Shown: piece by piece, positions 25,201-37,732 of the stretch | Layout: every line of letters starts with the position of its first letter | Position numbering within the stretch: position 1 is the stretch's first letter | Origin: Octopus sinensis | Taxonomy: Eukaryota | Reading direction: 5' to 3' | Length of the DNA: 64,000 bases | Assembly (NCBI RefSeq): GCF_006345805.1 | Contig: NC_043013.1 | Span: 8,494,001 to 8,558,000 of the forward strand | Translations under genes and position numbers: made by a program | Notes under the pieces: model-generated | Told to the model about the DNA's origin: nothing | Databases searched by the model: none | What the model saw: the letters and a program-made list of their open reading frames with translations, nothing else

Positions 25201-25510
25201 TACTATAGGCACAAGGCCTGAAATTTGGGAATAGAAACCAGTCAATTAGATCACCTCCAGTACACAACTGGTACTTAATTTATTGACCTTGAAAGGATGA
25301 ACGGCAAAGTCAACCTTGGCGGAATTTGAACTCAGAATGACAGGTGAAATACTGCTAAGCATTTCACCAGCAACACTAATGATCCTGCCAGCTTGCTACC
25401 TGGAAGCTCTTTTTAACTACTAGAAATAGTAGCCATTCCACCATGCTAAACTGTACCTTTGCATTTCTGATTTTTGTTTTTTGTTATTGTTTGCTTTTAA
25501 AATAAATGAA

Positions 25511-25691
25511 GGCGCAGGAGTGGCTGTATGATAAGGAGCTTGCTTACCAACCACATGGTTCTGGGTTCAGTCCCACTGTGTGGCAACTTGGACAAAGCCT
25601 TGTGAGTGGATTTGGTAGACGGAAACTGAAAGAAGCCCGTCGTATATAAATATATATATATATATAATATATATATATGTGTGTGGTGTGT

Positions 25692-25746
<55 letters not shown>

Positions 25747-25870
25747 ATATGTTGTGTGTCTGTGTTTGTCCTCCCCCCCCCCCCCAGCATCACTTGACAA
25801 CTGATGCTGGTGTGTTTGCATTCCCGTAAAAGAAACCGATAGAATAAGTACTAGGCTTACAAAGAATATA
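25511..25870 (+). mobile_element. SINE family A
   Basis: Head GGCGCAGGAGTGGCTG, central microsatellite, truncated 3' half. Confidence 0.85.
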
Positions 25871-25954
25871 AATAAAAAGGGGTTTGTATGATTGTGTATA
25901 GAGGGATATATATTATTCCAACTCTGTCTGTTTTTTTATGTTTTATTTATATTA

Positions 25955-26357
25955 CTCTTTTACTCTTTTAGTTGTTTTAGTCATTTGGCTGCGGCCATGC
26001 TGGAGCACCGCCTTTAGTCGAGCAAATCGACCCCGGGACTTATTCTTTGTAAGCCCAGTACTTATTCTATCGGTCTCTTTTTGCCGAACCGCTAAGTGAT
26101 GGGAACGTAAACACACCAGCATCGGTTGTCAAGCAATGCTAGGGGAACAAACACAGACACACAAACACACACACATACATATATACATATATACGACAGG
26201 CTTCTTTCAGTTTCTGTCTACCAAATCCACTCACAAGGCATTGGTCGGCCCAGGGCTATAGCAGAAGACACTTGCCCAAGATGCCACGCAGTGGGACTGA
26301 ACCCGGAACCATGTGGTTGGTTAGCAAGCTACTTACCACACAGCCACTCCTGCGCCT
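25955..26357 (-). mobile_element. SINE family A, near full length
   Basis: Reverse complement from (TTTTACTC)n tail to CTCCTGCGCC head. Confidence 0.9.
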
Positions 26358-26731
26358 ATCGTGCGCCTATATATATATATATATATAGTAAAATGAAATG
26401 AAGTATTTATTGTCTTTTTGAATAGATGAAATGCTGAATATAAAATATTAAGGGACTAGTATACTTTTTTGCATTAATGCAGTCTTCAAGGTCCCAGGTT
26501 GTGACAGGAGTGTCTCAACTGTGGAACCACAGTTGAAACACTTGCACATGCACACACACACTCACACACGTGCATGTGTGCACACATTAAACAAGGTAGT
26601 CCTAGATATACAAAAAGAGCAGACGGTCATGTGGGAACTTGTTTGATCATATATTTTCTCAATCAGGACTGGACTAGGACTAAAAACCATAGCAACAAAA
26701 ATTCCTGTATCTGTGCTTTGAAAAAAAAACT

Positions 26732-27145
26732 CACAGGAGTGGCTGTGTGGTAAGTAGCTTCCTTACCAACCACATGGTTCCGGGTTCAGTTCAACTTCAC
26801 GGCACCTTAGGCAAGTGTCTTCTACTATAGCCTGGGGCTGACCAAAGCCTTGTGAGTGGATTTGGTAAACTGAAACTGAAAGAAACCCATCATATATATA
26901 TAAATGCATATATGTGTGTGTGTGTGTGTGTATGTGTGGGTATTTGTGTCTGTATTTGTCCCCCTCAACATCACTTGACAACTGATGCTGGTGTGTTTAT
27001 GTCCCTGTAACTTAGTGGTTCAGCAATAAGACTGATAACATAAGTACTAAGCTTACAAAGAATACGTCTTGGGGTCGATTTGTTCGACTAAAGGCGGTGC
27101 TCCAGCATGGCCACAGTCAAATGACTGAAACAAATAACAGAATAA
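26732..27145 (+). mobile_element. SINE family A
   Basis: Head, CORE-like segment, microsatellite, 3' half. Confidence 0.88.
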
Positions 27146-27511
27146 AAGAAAAAAACAGTAGAATGGTAGAAATAACATGACCACAGGGTTGAATGTAATA
27201 ATTGTGTATTCATCTTTGTTCCCCAACATCCTGAGTTCATATTACCCTGATGTCAGTTTTGCTTTACATCTTTTGGGGCAGGTAAAATACATGTCCGCCA
27301 AATACTGAAGTTTTATTTAATCGATGTTATCATTCAGTTATATGTTAGGGACCACATGTAAAGTATTGGAAAACCTACTTTTTTCCGTCGAGGGCTTACA
27401 TGCCCCATTATTAGACTATTTTCCTTAGTCATTGCATGGTGATTGCTATAAGCTTTAAGCTTATAAAATACTATTATTATTATTATTATTATTATTATTT
27501 ACACAGACACA

Positions 27512-27543
<32 letters not shown>

Positions 27544-27572
27544 CATAAACACACATTGTACTATATATATAC

Positions 27573-27604
<32 letters not shown>

Positions 27605-27615
27605 GTATGTATATA

Positions 27616-27653
<38 letters not shown>

Positions 27654-27748
27654 ATCAATTAATATAAACAGCTAGGTGCAATATAATACCATAAATGAAA
27701 AGTCTTATCATCACTAATTGTGACGATAAAATTATATATATGCGTGTG

Positions 27749-27797
<49 letters not shown>

Positions 27798-27943
27798 CAC
27801 ACATGTATATTAGGGTGGAGCGAAAATAGTACTTTTTATACAGATTTTCAAAATGTTTTCAAGAATACATTTTTCATTGTGATATTCTTTAAAAGCAACT
27901 GCGTTAAAATCTGAAGTTCTTAAATTTACATCTTCAGGCTCCA

Positions 27944-28145
27944 GTACCATTGCCAGTATCACTTGACTGGCCCTCATAAAAGCACCCACTGCACTCTCGG
28001 AGTGGTTGGCATTAGGAAGAGCATCCAGCTGTAGAAACATTGCCAGATCAGATTGGAGCCTGATGCAGCCATCTGGTTCGCCAGACCTCAGTCAAATCGT
28101 CCAACTCATGCTAGCATGGAAAGCGGACGTTAAACGATGATGATG
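27944..28145 (+). mobile_element. RTE 3'-end-derived element
   Basis: (GAT)n tail; 8-bp TSD AGGCTCCA at 27936-27943 and 28146-28153. Confidence 0.9.
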
Positions 28146-28885
28146 AGGCTCCACAACACATTTGGAATATTGAATAATGAATGAAAAATCAATTTATAAC
28201 ATGTTTGCAATTCCTCAGTTTTATTTTTTACATCTATTGTTACGAATCAATTTTCTTTTGTGAAATCCTTTAGAAACGAGAGTGTTAAAATATCAAACTC
28301 TAAAATTTATGTCTTCAGGTTCCGCAACACACTTAAAATTTCAAAATTATGTGAAATAGATAGACTTTTCAACTTTGCTTTCTTTATTATTTTTAATACT
28401 AGGTCACCGAATATGTGTTACATGAGGTCTAGACTAAACACATGTTGAAATAAAATTACGTGTAAACCAATTTTTGATTCTTGGCACATTATGGTGATAA
28501 AAATAATTAACATTTTCAATTTATTCGAAATAATTCCATGTAACTAAATAATATGAATCGTTGTAGTGCATTCCTCTTCGTTCCAGTAATAAAGCCAATT
28601 AATTATTTTTGTAGACAAGAATTAGCATCTCACTCTCAAATAAAGAATGGAACAGTCAAAGATTTGTTGCTAATGACATAATGCTAATTGCTCGTTATGT
28701 TCAAAATAGCTAAAACTTTCTAATCAACCACTAAACATTCTGTTTAGATAATACTTAATCTATTCTGCCAATGATCATTTTTTAATTTGTCCGTTGATCC
28801 TGTAAAAAATCTTGTTCTTTCTGTGCTACTTTTTTGTGTCTACTACAACTGCAGTTTTTAAAGGTGTTGCACCTGCAACAGGAAA

Positions 28886-29279
28886 TCTATATATATATAA
28901 AAGTGAGGTTGTGTGGTGTCTGTTTCCTACGATTTAGATTCCTAACTACTCCCACATTTTGCGGTGCAGTTTAACCAAAAGCAGGTATCTTATAGTCGTG
29001 ATTCATATCAAGCCCTTCTGGGTATTAGCGTGCGTTTACAATAGGTCTACGATTTTAAAATAAATTTACCATCATTTTTTCCCATTTTAATGCATTTTTG
29101 GCATATATAAGAGAAGTAACTCTAAAAATGTATTATTAAATCTCAGAACGTAAAAAGCTACAGTAACACCCCCCTTTGTGGTTAGCCATATTGAGATGGC
29201 TATTATACTTTACATCTCTAAAAATGCTTATATAGTTATTTCCCTTACAAACCCGAGCAACGCCGCGCGATACTGCTAG
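28886..29279 (+). mobile_element. Non-autonomous Helitron
   Basis: 5' TC, subterminal CCCGAGCAACGCCGCG hairpin, 3' CTAG, A|T target without TSD. Confidence 0.9.
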
Positions 29280-29326
29280 TGTCAAATAAATCTTTTGTTG
29301 CATTGTTTTTGAACACATTACACTTT

Positions 29327-29737
29327 ACTCTTTTACTCTTTTACTTGTTTCAGTCATTTGACTGTGGCCATGCTGCAGCACCGCCTTTAGTCGAGCAAAT
29401 CGACCCCGGGACTTATTCTTTGTAAGCCTAGTACTTATTCTATCGGTCTCTTTTGCCGAACCACTAAGTGACGGGGACGTAAACACACCAGCATTGCTTG
29501 TCAAGCAATGCTAGGGAGACAAACACAGACACACAAACACACACACACATACATACATATATATATACATATATACGATAGGCTTCTTTCAGTTTCCGTC
29601 TACCAAATCCACTCACAAGGCATTGGTCGGCCCGAGGCTATAGTAGAAGACACTTGCCCAAGGTGCTATGCAGTGGGACTGAATCCAGAACCATGTGGTT
29701 GGTTAGCAAGCTACTTACCACACAGCCACTCCTGCGC
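29327..29737 (-). mobile_element. SINE family A, full length
   Basis: TSD CACTTT at 29321-29326 and 29738-29743. Confidence 0.92.
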
Positions 29738-30056
29738 CACTTTGATTGAAACGATAGCACATTTTTTCTATTTTTCACAGATTTTAGTAATTCTTGGTAC
29801 TTTAGATAAAAGCTTAAGATTTTTGATTTAACTAATTCAATCATAATACAAGAGATGGATGCCTTTCACCAGTGCTATGAGGCCATTCCTTCTGCCTGCA
29901 CTAACATTTTCAAACACATGGGGCTCAGTTCTCTAACCCTAACCATGATGGTTTGGCTACCCCACGCATCTCTCTCCATGACACATGCGTCTCTGTAGCT
30001 TTCACCCCTCCTACACCACACCCTCACTCTGCTGTTTGAGGTGGAAAGGCAGTACC

Positions 30057-30258
30057 TATTTCTTTACTACCCACAAGGGGCTGGATTAAGTCAATTACAT
30101 CGACCCCAATGCGTAACTGGTACTTAATTTATCGACCCCAAGAAGGATGAAAGGCAAAGTCGACCTCGGTGGAATTTGAACTCAGAACGTAACGGCAGAC
30201 GAAATACGGCTACGCATTTCACCCGGCGTGCTAACGTTTCTGCCAGCTCGCTGCCCTT
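30057..30258 (-). mobile_element. SINE family B
   Basis: 12-bp TSD AAAGGCAGTACC at 30045-30056 and 30259-30270. Confidence 0.9.
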
Positions 30259-30547
30259 AAAGGCAGTACCGGCTTTCACCAGATGCGTCCAAATTACAAA
30301 TGCCAGGAATGCAGTTCAAGTTGATTTTTATACCCATAACTTCCACGAGATGCACATGCATTTCGGTTTTCATGATAATTGTTTGCAACTGCTACCTACA
30401 GCATTCATTGCAGCTGCATTTTGGCGTCTTGTTTCGGGGAAAGTTGAAAGGTTACCTACAATTTGGGTCTCAACTATAATCCAGCATGTCTTGGAATATT
30501 TACACTTACATCCTTAAAATAAATTTCCAGAATTTACCATATACCAG

Positions 30548-31165
30548 GTACAGGAGTGGCTGTGTGGTAAGTAGCTTGCTTACCAACCAGATGGTTCTGG
30601 GTTCAGTCCTACTGCATGGCACCTTGGGCAAGTGTCTTCTGCTATAGCCTCGGGCCGACCAAAGCCACGTGATTGGATTTGGTAGACAGAAACTGAAAGA
30701 AGCTTGTCGTATAATTATATATATATATGGCACCTGTGCAGGTGGCACGTAAAAAGCACCCACTACACTCACGGAGTGGTTGGCATTAGGAAGGGCATCC
30801 AGCCGTAGAAACACTGCCAAATCTGACTGGGCCTGATGAAGCCTTCCGGTTTCACAGACCCCAGTTAAACCGTCCAACCCATGCTAGCATGGAAAACGGA
30901 CGCTAAATGATGATGATGATGATATATATACATATGTGTGTGTGTGTATGTATATGTTTGTGTGTCTGTGTTTGTCCCCCCAACATTGCCTGACAACCAA
31001 TGCTGGTGTGTTTACATCCCCATCACTTAGTGGTCCGGCAAGAGAGACCCATAGAATAAGTACTAGGCTTGCAAAGAATAAGTCCTGGGGTTGATTTCCT
31101 CGACTAAAGGCGGTGCTCCAGCTTGGCCACAGTCAAATGACTGAAACAAATAAAAGAATAAAAGA
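30548..31165 (+). mobile_element. SINE family A interrupted by an RTE-tail element (30727-30925)
   Basis: 5' and 3' halves flank a (GAT)n-tailed insert in the central (TA)n. Confidence 0.85.
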
Positions 31166-32289
31166 ATATAAAAAAATAACATTTGAAAAAATTGCATTTC
31201 TTTTTGTGGTTCAGTGCACATAAATATATATCTATAACTGCGTATTATATATACATATACTTGAGTATATTTCTGTGTGTCTTCATTTTGCTTTTGATCA
31301 GCCTGGGGATATAGCAGGCAACTCTTGCTCAAGGTAACACACAGGGAGACTGAATCCCAAACCATATGGTTTGGAAACTAATTTCTTAACCACACAGCTA
31401 CATCAGTGCTTCCATAAATGATAAAAATCTGTCTTCTTTCATTTATTTATATAAACTAACTTCAGACAAGCTACAGTGATTTACTGTCTTGTTGTTGTCA
31501 TTGTTGTTGTTGTTTAGGCCCCTCTCTAGGTCAGCCTTGATCCAGTAGATCTATGGTGATCAATGATATTCCAGCCATGACCACAACATCATTTATTCAA
31601 GCTTCTAAGACTCCACTGTCATTTTAAGAGACCAGATCAGTGGTTTGCTGTCCTTTTGATTTTGTTGTGCACCAGAGATCAAATAACAAATCACTAACAT
31701 ACTTCACATAGAAATTAAAAATAAATAAATAAACAAACTATGCCAAAAATTTCGAGAAAATATAGAAAATTATTGCTTATCTTGTTGTATCACCCAACCC
31801 TGGTTGTGCGGTTGTTGAGTTTACTTTGCAATCTTGTGGGTCCAAATCTTATGGTTCCAACTTTGGTCTCATAGTATATAGCATCTTGAGCAAGTGTCTT
31901 CAATTGTAATCTCAGGCTGCCCAAGGCTTTGAAAGTGGGACTGGTAGACTGCATGCTAAGAAGCTCATCATACAGATATGTACCTACATACACACACACA
32001 CACACACACGCACACATACACACACATATATGTTTATGTTTTCCAGTTTCAGCTCTTGAGCTGTGGCCATGCTGGGGCACCGCCATGTATATACTTTTTT
32101 TAATAAAAACTGCAGAAACATCACAAAAAACTGTGACTCAGAGCTGTGACTCTTGATTACAACTGTCTGACTAATATGAAACTCTGAGTCACAGTTTTTG
32201 TAGCTTTAATAAAAAAAAGCATATTACTCTATCTTCAGTATTCTAGTACTATTTTTTCTACCTTGTTTTGCATTCATGAGCTTACAAGT

Positions 32290-32329
<40 letters not shown>

Positions 32330-32594
32330 GTACTCTTTATTTGTGGATTGATAAGGTAACCAGTGGTTTCATGCAAAAGGATCCTCACAATTATCCAATG
32401 CGATCCACATGGGAATGTCAGTACTTGTCTCCATAATGGATGGGAATACAGGTATCAGCATTTCTAAGTGGAGTGCTTGAAAAACTGTGGGGACCTTTCC
32501 ACATGAAACCAGTGGTTGTTTTATTAATCTACAAATGAAGAATACTCACCCCCATTATGATGTTGGACACTCATTCTCACTGCTTGATACTAGC
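32330..32594 (+). mobile_element. Foldback element with 44-bp arms and an unpaired tail
   Basis: 32330-32373 is the reverse complement of 32502-32545; (TA) flanks; weak hammerhead-like motif 32477-32518. Confidence 0.6.
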
Positions 32595-32601
32595 ATATAT
32601 A

Positions 32602-33068
32602 TACAGAGTGCAATGTGTAAATTGTTGCCATTTTATATTTTGCACATGTGCATTGTTTGATTTTTGATTTTGTCAACTACACAGTATAGTAGGGTCAGTT
32701 GGGTACCATTTATGAGAAAAACAGTACCATGATACGATTCACTCTGCCAGAAATTTCAAAACAACACGCTGTATTGTTTGACACTTACACCGGAAGCTCC
32801 GATACGAACATCGCAGAGTGTTTGGGTTTCAATATGAGGACAGTGCAAAGGATTTGGAAAGAGCTGGATGAGTCTAACAGTGATTATGAAAGTACGGCAG
32901 CTTGGAAAACTCACTCTGATCTTTCTGATAAGAAAAGAACGCCTGAATTTGTTGGGCAGATCCAGGCCATGATTGGCAACAATCCTTCCAACTCAATCAG
33001 GTCCATCGTCAGGGACATGGGAGTGTCTGAGTTTCTTATCAGGCAGGTAATGCATGAAGACATTTGAC
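32602..33068 (+). mobile_element. Tc1/mariner-superfamily element, 5' TIR plus N-terminal HTH region
   Basis: TACAGAGTG TIR; ORF 32699-33067 IAECLGFNMRTVQRIWKEL...KKRTPEFVGQIQAMIGNNPSNSIRSIVRDMGVSEFLIRQVMHEDI. Confidence 0.85.
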
Positions 33069-33774
33069 CTGAGGCTATGGCAGAAGGCAACTGCCCAAGG
33101 TGCTTTGCAGTGGGACTGAACCTGATCTCTGAAATCCATAAAAGATGTGCACTGTCAAATGTATCTGGGAAGATCAATTCATACCATACTCATATTTTTC
33201 TTTATATATTACTTGCTGTTTTCAAAATAATAGTTCAATAATGAAAACACAAACATATACACTCATTTCCACCGTGTATTTTGTTCTCATGCTATGATGT
33301 TATTTTCCCAATGAGTAGTCTGTTTATTAGAGCATGCTGTATGTTGTATAGATGTTAGACCTACATACACCATTACTGTATACTATATATATACTGTTCT
33401 TTTGCTCTGTTTTTGAACAGCAGCTGTGCCAGGACACAGCTTTTGATGTCTTTAGGTAATTGTATCGACCCAAGTACTTATTTAAGTACAGTATTTATTT
33501 TATCAATCTTTGTTAAGTGCAGGCATGGCTGTATATTTAAAAATGCTTGATTCCCCACTACATAGTTTCGGGTTCATTCACATTGCACTTTGAGCAAGTA
33601 TTTTCTGCAACAACCCCAGGCTAACCAAAGTCGTGTGAGTGGATTTGATAGATAGAAACTGAAATAAATCCATCATCATTCTCATCATCATCATCATCAT
33701 CATTACCACCACCACCACCACCACCACCACCACCATCATCATCGTCATTGTCATCATCGTCATTGTCATCATCG

Positions 33775-33813
<39 letters not shown>

Positions 33814-34211
33814 CATCATCATCATCACCTTTAAGTTGCTAGATTGTCAAATAGATTGTTTCACAGTAGTCATTCTGAACCCTTTGCATTCCGAGTTCAG
33901 ATCTTGACATTATTGACTTTGCCGTGCACACATTCAAGATCAATAAGGAAGCACCGATTCCAGTGAGGTAGATTGGTAGCATTGTTACAACATCATACGA
34001 GATTCTTTACAGTATCTCTACTGGCCATTTTTGTTCTGATAGCAATGTCTGTGTTATCACAGTGCCAAGCTGTATTGGCCCCAAAGAAGATGGCTTTTAC
34101 TTCCTTGGACAACATCACTGATATAAGGAAGGCGAGATTTATATGCATAGACATCTGCTGGTCTTGCACACATCCCACCCCAAACCCCATAAACGTAACT
34201 TATCCAGTCAT

Positions 34212-34610
34212 AGGCGCACGAGTGGCTGTGTGGTAAGTAGCTTGCTTACCAACCACATGGTTCCGGGCTCAGTCCCACTGCGTGGGACCTTGGGCAAGTG
34301 TCTTCTACTATAGCTTGAGGCTGACCAAAGGCTTGTGAATGGATTTGGTAGATGGAAACTGAAAGAAGCCCATCATATATATATATATATATGTGTGTGT
34401 GTGTATATATGTGTGTGTGTGTGTGTGTTTGATAACTGATGTGGGCATGTTTATGTACCCATAACTTAGCACTTCAGCAAAAGAGACCGATAGAATAAGT
34501 ACTTGGCTTACAAAGAATAAGTCCTGGGGTTGATTTCCTCGACTAAAGGCAGTGCTCCAGCATGGCCGAAGTCAAATGACTGAAACAAGTTAAAGAGTAA
34601 AGAGTAAAAA
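34212..34610 (+). mobile_element. SINE family A
   Basis: Full head to (GAGTAAAA)n tail; a diverged copy follows at 34790-35300. Confidence 0.88.
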
Positions 34611-34947
34611 AGAGAGTCTAGTGCATATTAATGCGGATACAAGAACAAGCTCGAGCAATGAAGGTCAAGTAAATCACTGAAATCAGAGAATTAGAAGAGA
34701 ATCACCCATCCAAGTAGCCAGGAATTGATTGCATGAAGAAACGAAGGAGATAAAATCATAAACTGAATGTGCGTGTGTGTGTGTATGTGTATGGACGTGG
34801 CTTTGTGGTAAGAAGTTTGTCTCCCAACTATTTGGTTCCAGGTTCACAATCCCACTGCATGGCATTTTAGGCAATTGTCTTCTACTACAGCCTTGGGCCA
34901 ACCGAATCCTTGTGAGTGGATTTGGTACACTAAAGAAAGTCTGTCAT

Positions 34948-34996
<49 letters not shown>

Positions 34997-36226
34997 TGTG
35001 TATGTGTGTGTGTTTGTACGTGTGCAGGTGTGTGTGTATCTATGTGTGTGTGTCTGTGTCTGCGTTTGTCCCCACCACCATTGCTTGAAAACCGGTGGTG
35101 GTGTGTTTACATCCCTGTAACTTAGCAGATCAGCAAAAAGGATCAGTAGAATAAGTACCAGGCTTCAAAAATTTTTTTAAAAAACGTAAAAGAAAAAGAA
35201 AACCGATAAGTCCTTGAGTTAATTTGTTCAACTAAAACATTTCAAGACGATGCCCCAGCATGGCCACAGCCTAATGACTGAAATAAGCAAAAGATAAAGG
35301 ATGAAAGAGATTAGTTATTTTTATTTCCAGTTATAATAAAAACAATTTTACATTAATCTGGTGGGTCACTCAGTACTTTAGTAAAGTACAAATTTATTAT
35401 TCTTATTCAAGAATGCTGTTGACAATGACTTTGAAGTTTCGGCCAGAAAAGCCATCATCTGACAATGGCTTAGCTGGACAAAAGCCATGTGCCTCAGCGG
35501 ACTTTTCTAAAGATTCGTTCTACAATTAGGGGAATAGTTGTCTGATGAATATTCCATCAATGCCTGATGTGAAAATGAAATTAGCAGACAATTTGTTCAA
35601 GAACACCAAGGTTTATATGAAATGAGTGTAAATGTCCTAACAGACTCAAGAATGATTCAAAATGAAATGGCAATATAAAGTAGAATCCCCTTTTTATAAC
35701 AATGGAACGGTCCAAACTGCGACACACCAACTGGCTTTTCCTGTTATTGAATTCTCCGTGTTTGAATGATTGAGAAACAGTACAAAGAATTCTGTTATTC
35801 TTTTACTCTTTTATTATTAGTTTCAGCTTGGAGATGGCGACCAAGCTGGAGCACTGCCTACGAGTGTAGAGAATTGTGTAAAATCGCGGAAAGATTTATT
35901 ATAGGTGTGAATTAATAACATAATAAGTTGGTAGTCATGTAAATCAAAAAGCCTAGACAGGAAAACAAGATAACTAGTCACTGCATAGCGAATTCATCTT
36001 TCTAAAGATTTATATAAAAAGGATATACTTATCTTATATACAATGGAAAAAAAAAAGTCTGATACAAATCAAGAACTATTACAAAAAAGCAATAGTGTAT
36101 CTAACAAAAAATAGAATGCTAAGGAGCAAGCAAAGAGAGAAGGAGAGAGACTGTTGGTTGAATCTGTAGTTTATAACAGATGACAATGAAATCTTTCTTT
36201 ATACATGTATGCGTGTGTGTGTGTGT

Positions 36227-36258
<32 letters not shown>

Positions 36259-36388
36259 GAAGAAAACTTAAAGTACAACAAACTAGAAAAGCTTATTACA
36301 CAAAGAAAAGCATTCAGAGAAAAGACAAAACCGGAAAGAGAAAAGAGCAGAACAAAAGACAAAATCAAAACTAAGTTAAAAAACAAAA

Positions 36389-36442
<54 letters not shown>

Positions 36443-36445
<3 letters not shown>

Positions 36446-36812
36446 AAAGCAAAAAAATACAAAGTAAAACCTTTTCATCCCGAGTCTTTTCGAAGACTTT
36501 ACAAAGAGGAAGTGAATTAATATGAAAGTTAACAATGGCTCAAAATCTCTGGACTAAAGATTGAAATGGAAGGCTGGACAGAATTAATGCCCAGCCGTAA
36601 ATAACTCTGTAAGTAATATAATGAAACAAGAGACTAATACCAACTGCATGTTATGCAATGAATACAAAGAAACAATTGATTACATCATTTCTGGCTGTCC
36701 AGCATTTGTAAAGACATAGTATTATCAACAAAGTATGACCGAGTTGGAAGCTGCGTCCGCTGGGCAAGGCAATATAACAATGTTTCAACATCAAAGCTGA
36801 TAATAAATGGTA
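36443..36812 (+). mobile_element. R4/Dong-clade non-LTR retrotransposon, C-terminal remnant
   Basis: SGLKIEMEG...CMLCNEYKETIDYIISGCPAFVKT*...YDRVGSCVRW (zinc-knuckle region); begins at a (TAA)n tract. Confidence 0.75.
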
Positions 36813-36910
36813 TACACACACACACACACATACACAAATACACACACACATACACACACACAAACACACATACGCACACATACAGTTACTTTTCTTGTGT
36901 CTGAGACAGG

Positions 36911-37170
36911 CACAATGTTACATCCTTGGCCAACTACATATGGCATTTTAAAGAAGAGAGAATGTTATACAGGATTAAATGGAAGCTCCTGGAACAGTCT
37001 GGATTACACCTCAATGGGAACAGATGATGGAAACTTTACTTAGCTGAGCGGGCAAGAATCTTCAAAAATTTGCTTGACCCAGAGTCTTCATAAACTCCAA
37101 AAGTGAGATGTTGAGTCAGTGCCTTCATAAGAGAAAATTCATGTTGAAGACAGAATTCACTGCTTACTGA
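36911..37170 (+). mobile_element. Penelope-like element, GIY-YIG C-terminal remnant
   Basis: TSLANYIWHFKEE...YRIKWKLL...LYLAER...INSKSEMLSQCLHKRKFML, with one stop and one frameshift. Confidence 0.75.
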
Positions 37171-37473
37171 CTAGTGAACAGAAATCGTACATAAACTGAC
37201 CCTTTTGAGACACAACCGGAACTGTTCAAATGGAGATAACTCACTTTTGCTTTGAAATATTGAAATATTTCATTTCAGGTGTTTTTTCACAACCTTGCTG
37301 ACCTCCATTACTGAAGCACTTGTCTCAGATCCAAAAAGAGGACCTGTGTGTATAAATGTATGTATGAATGTATGTATAAATGTATGTATGAATGTATGCA
37401 TGTGTATCATATCTGTATGTATAAATGAATATATCTGTGTGTACATATATATATATATATATACATATATATA

Positions 37474-37640
37474 TGTGGAGGCGCAATGGCCTAGTGGTTA
37501 GGGCAGCGGACCTGCGGTCGGAGGATCGCGGTTTCGATTCCCAGATCGGGCGTTGTGTGTGTTTATTGAGCGAAAACACCTAAAAGCTCCACGAGGCTCC
37601 AGCAGGAGGTGGTGCTCCCTGCTGTACTCTTTCACCACTC
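37474..37640 (+). mobile_element. SINE family C, 3'-truncated
   Basis: GGAGGCGCAATGGCCTAGTGGTTAGGGCAGCGG head, as at 1046. Confidence 0.85.
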
Positions 37641-37732
37641 TAAAGGCAGTGCTCCAGCATGGCTGCAGTCAAATGACTGAAACAAGTACAAAAAAAAAAT
37701 ACAAGAAAGAAACAACAAGAATGGATTAGTTG

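Larger units (their letters stand above)
27807..29860 (-). mobile_element. DNA transposon relic with a Cys-rich transposase segment (Sola2-like, tentative)
   Basis: Removing two insertions gives KSKILSFYLKYQELLKSVKNRKNVLSFQSKCNVFKNNATKDLFDISCCRCNTFKNCSCSRHKKVAQKEQDFLQDQRTN*KMIIGRID; TATTAGGGTG near 27807 may be an end; family name from recalled motif only. Confidence 0.55.

Noticed and set aside
30270-30520. Cys-rich minus-strand fragments (KCSCNECC, KCMC)
   Set aside because: They need several frameshifts and stops; the family could not be assigned
35425-35470. Minus-strand CAGATGA-stem-GAAACTTCAAAGTC hammerhead-like motif
   Set aside because: U4 is changed to A and the stem I strands are direct repeats (CATTGTC), not complementary
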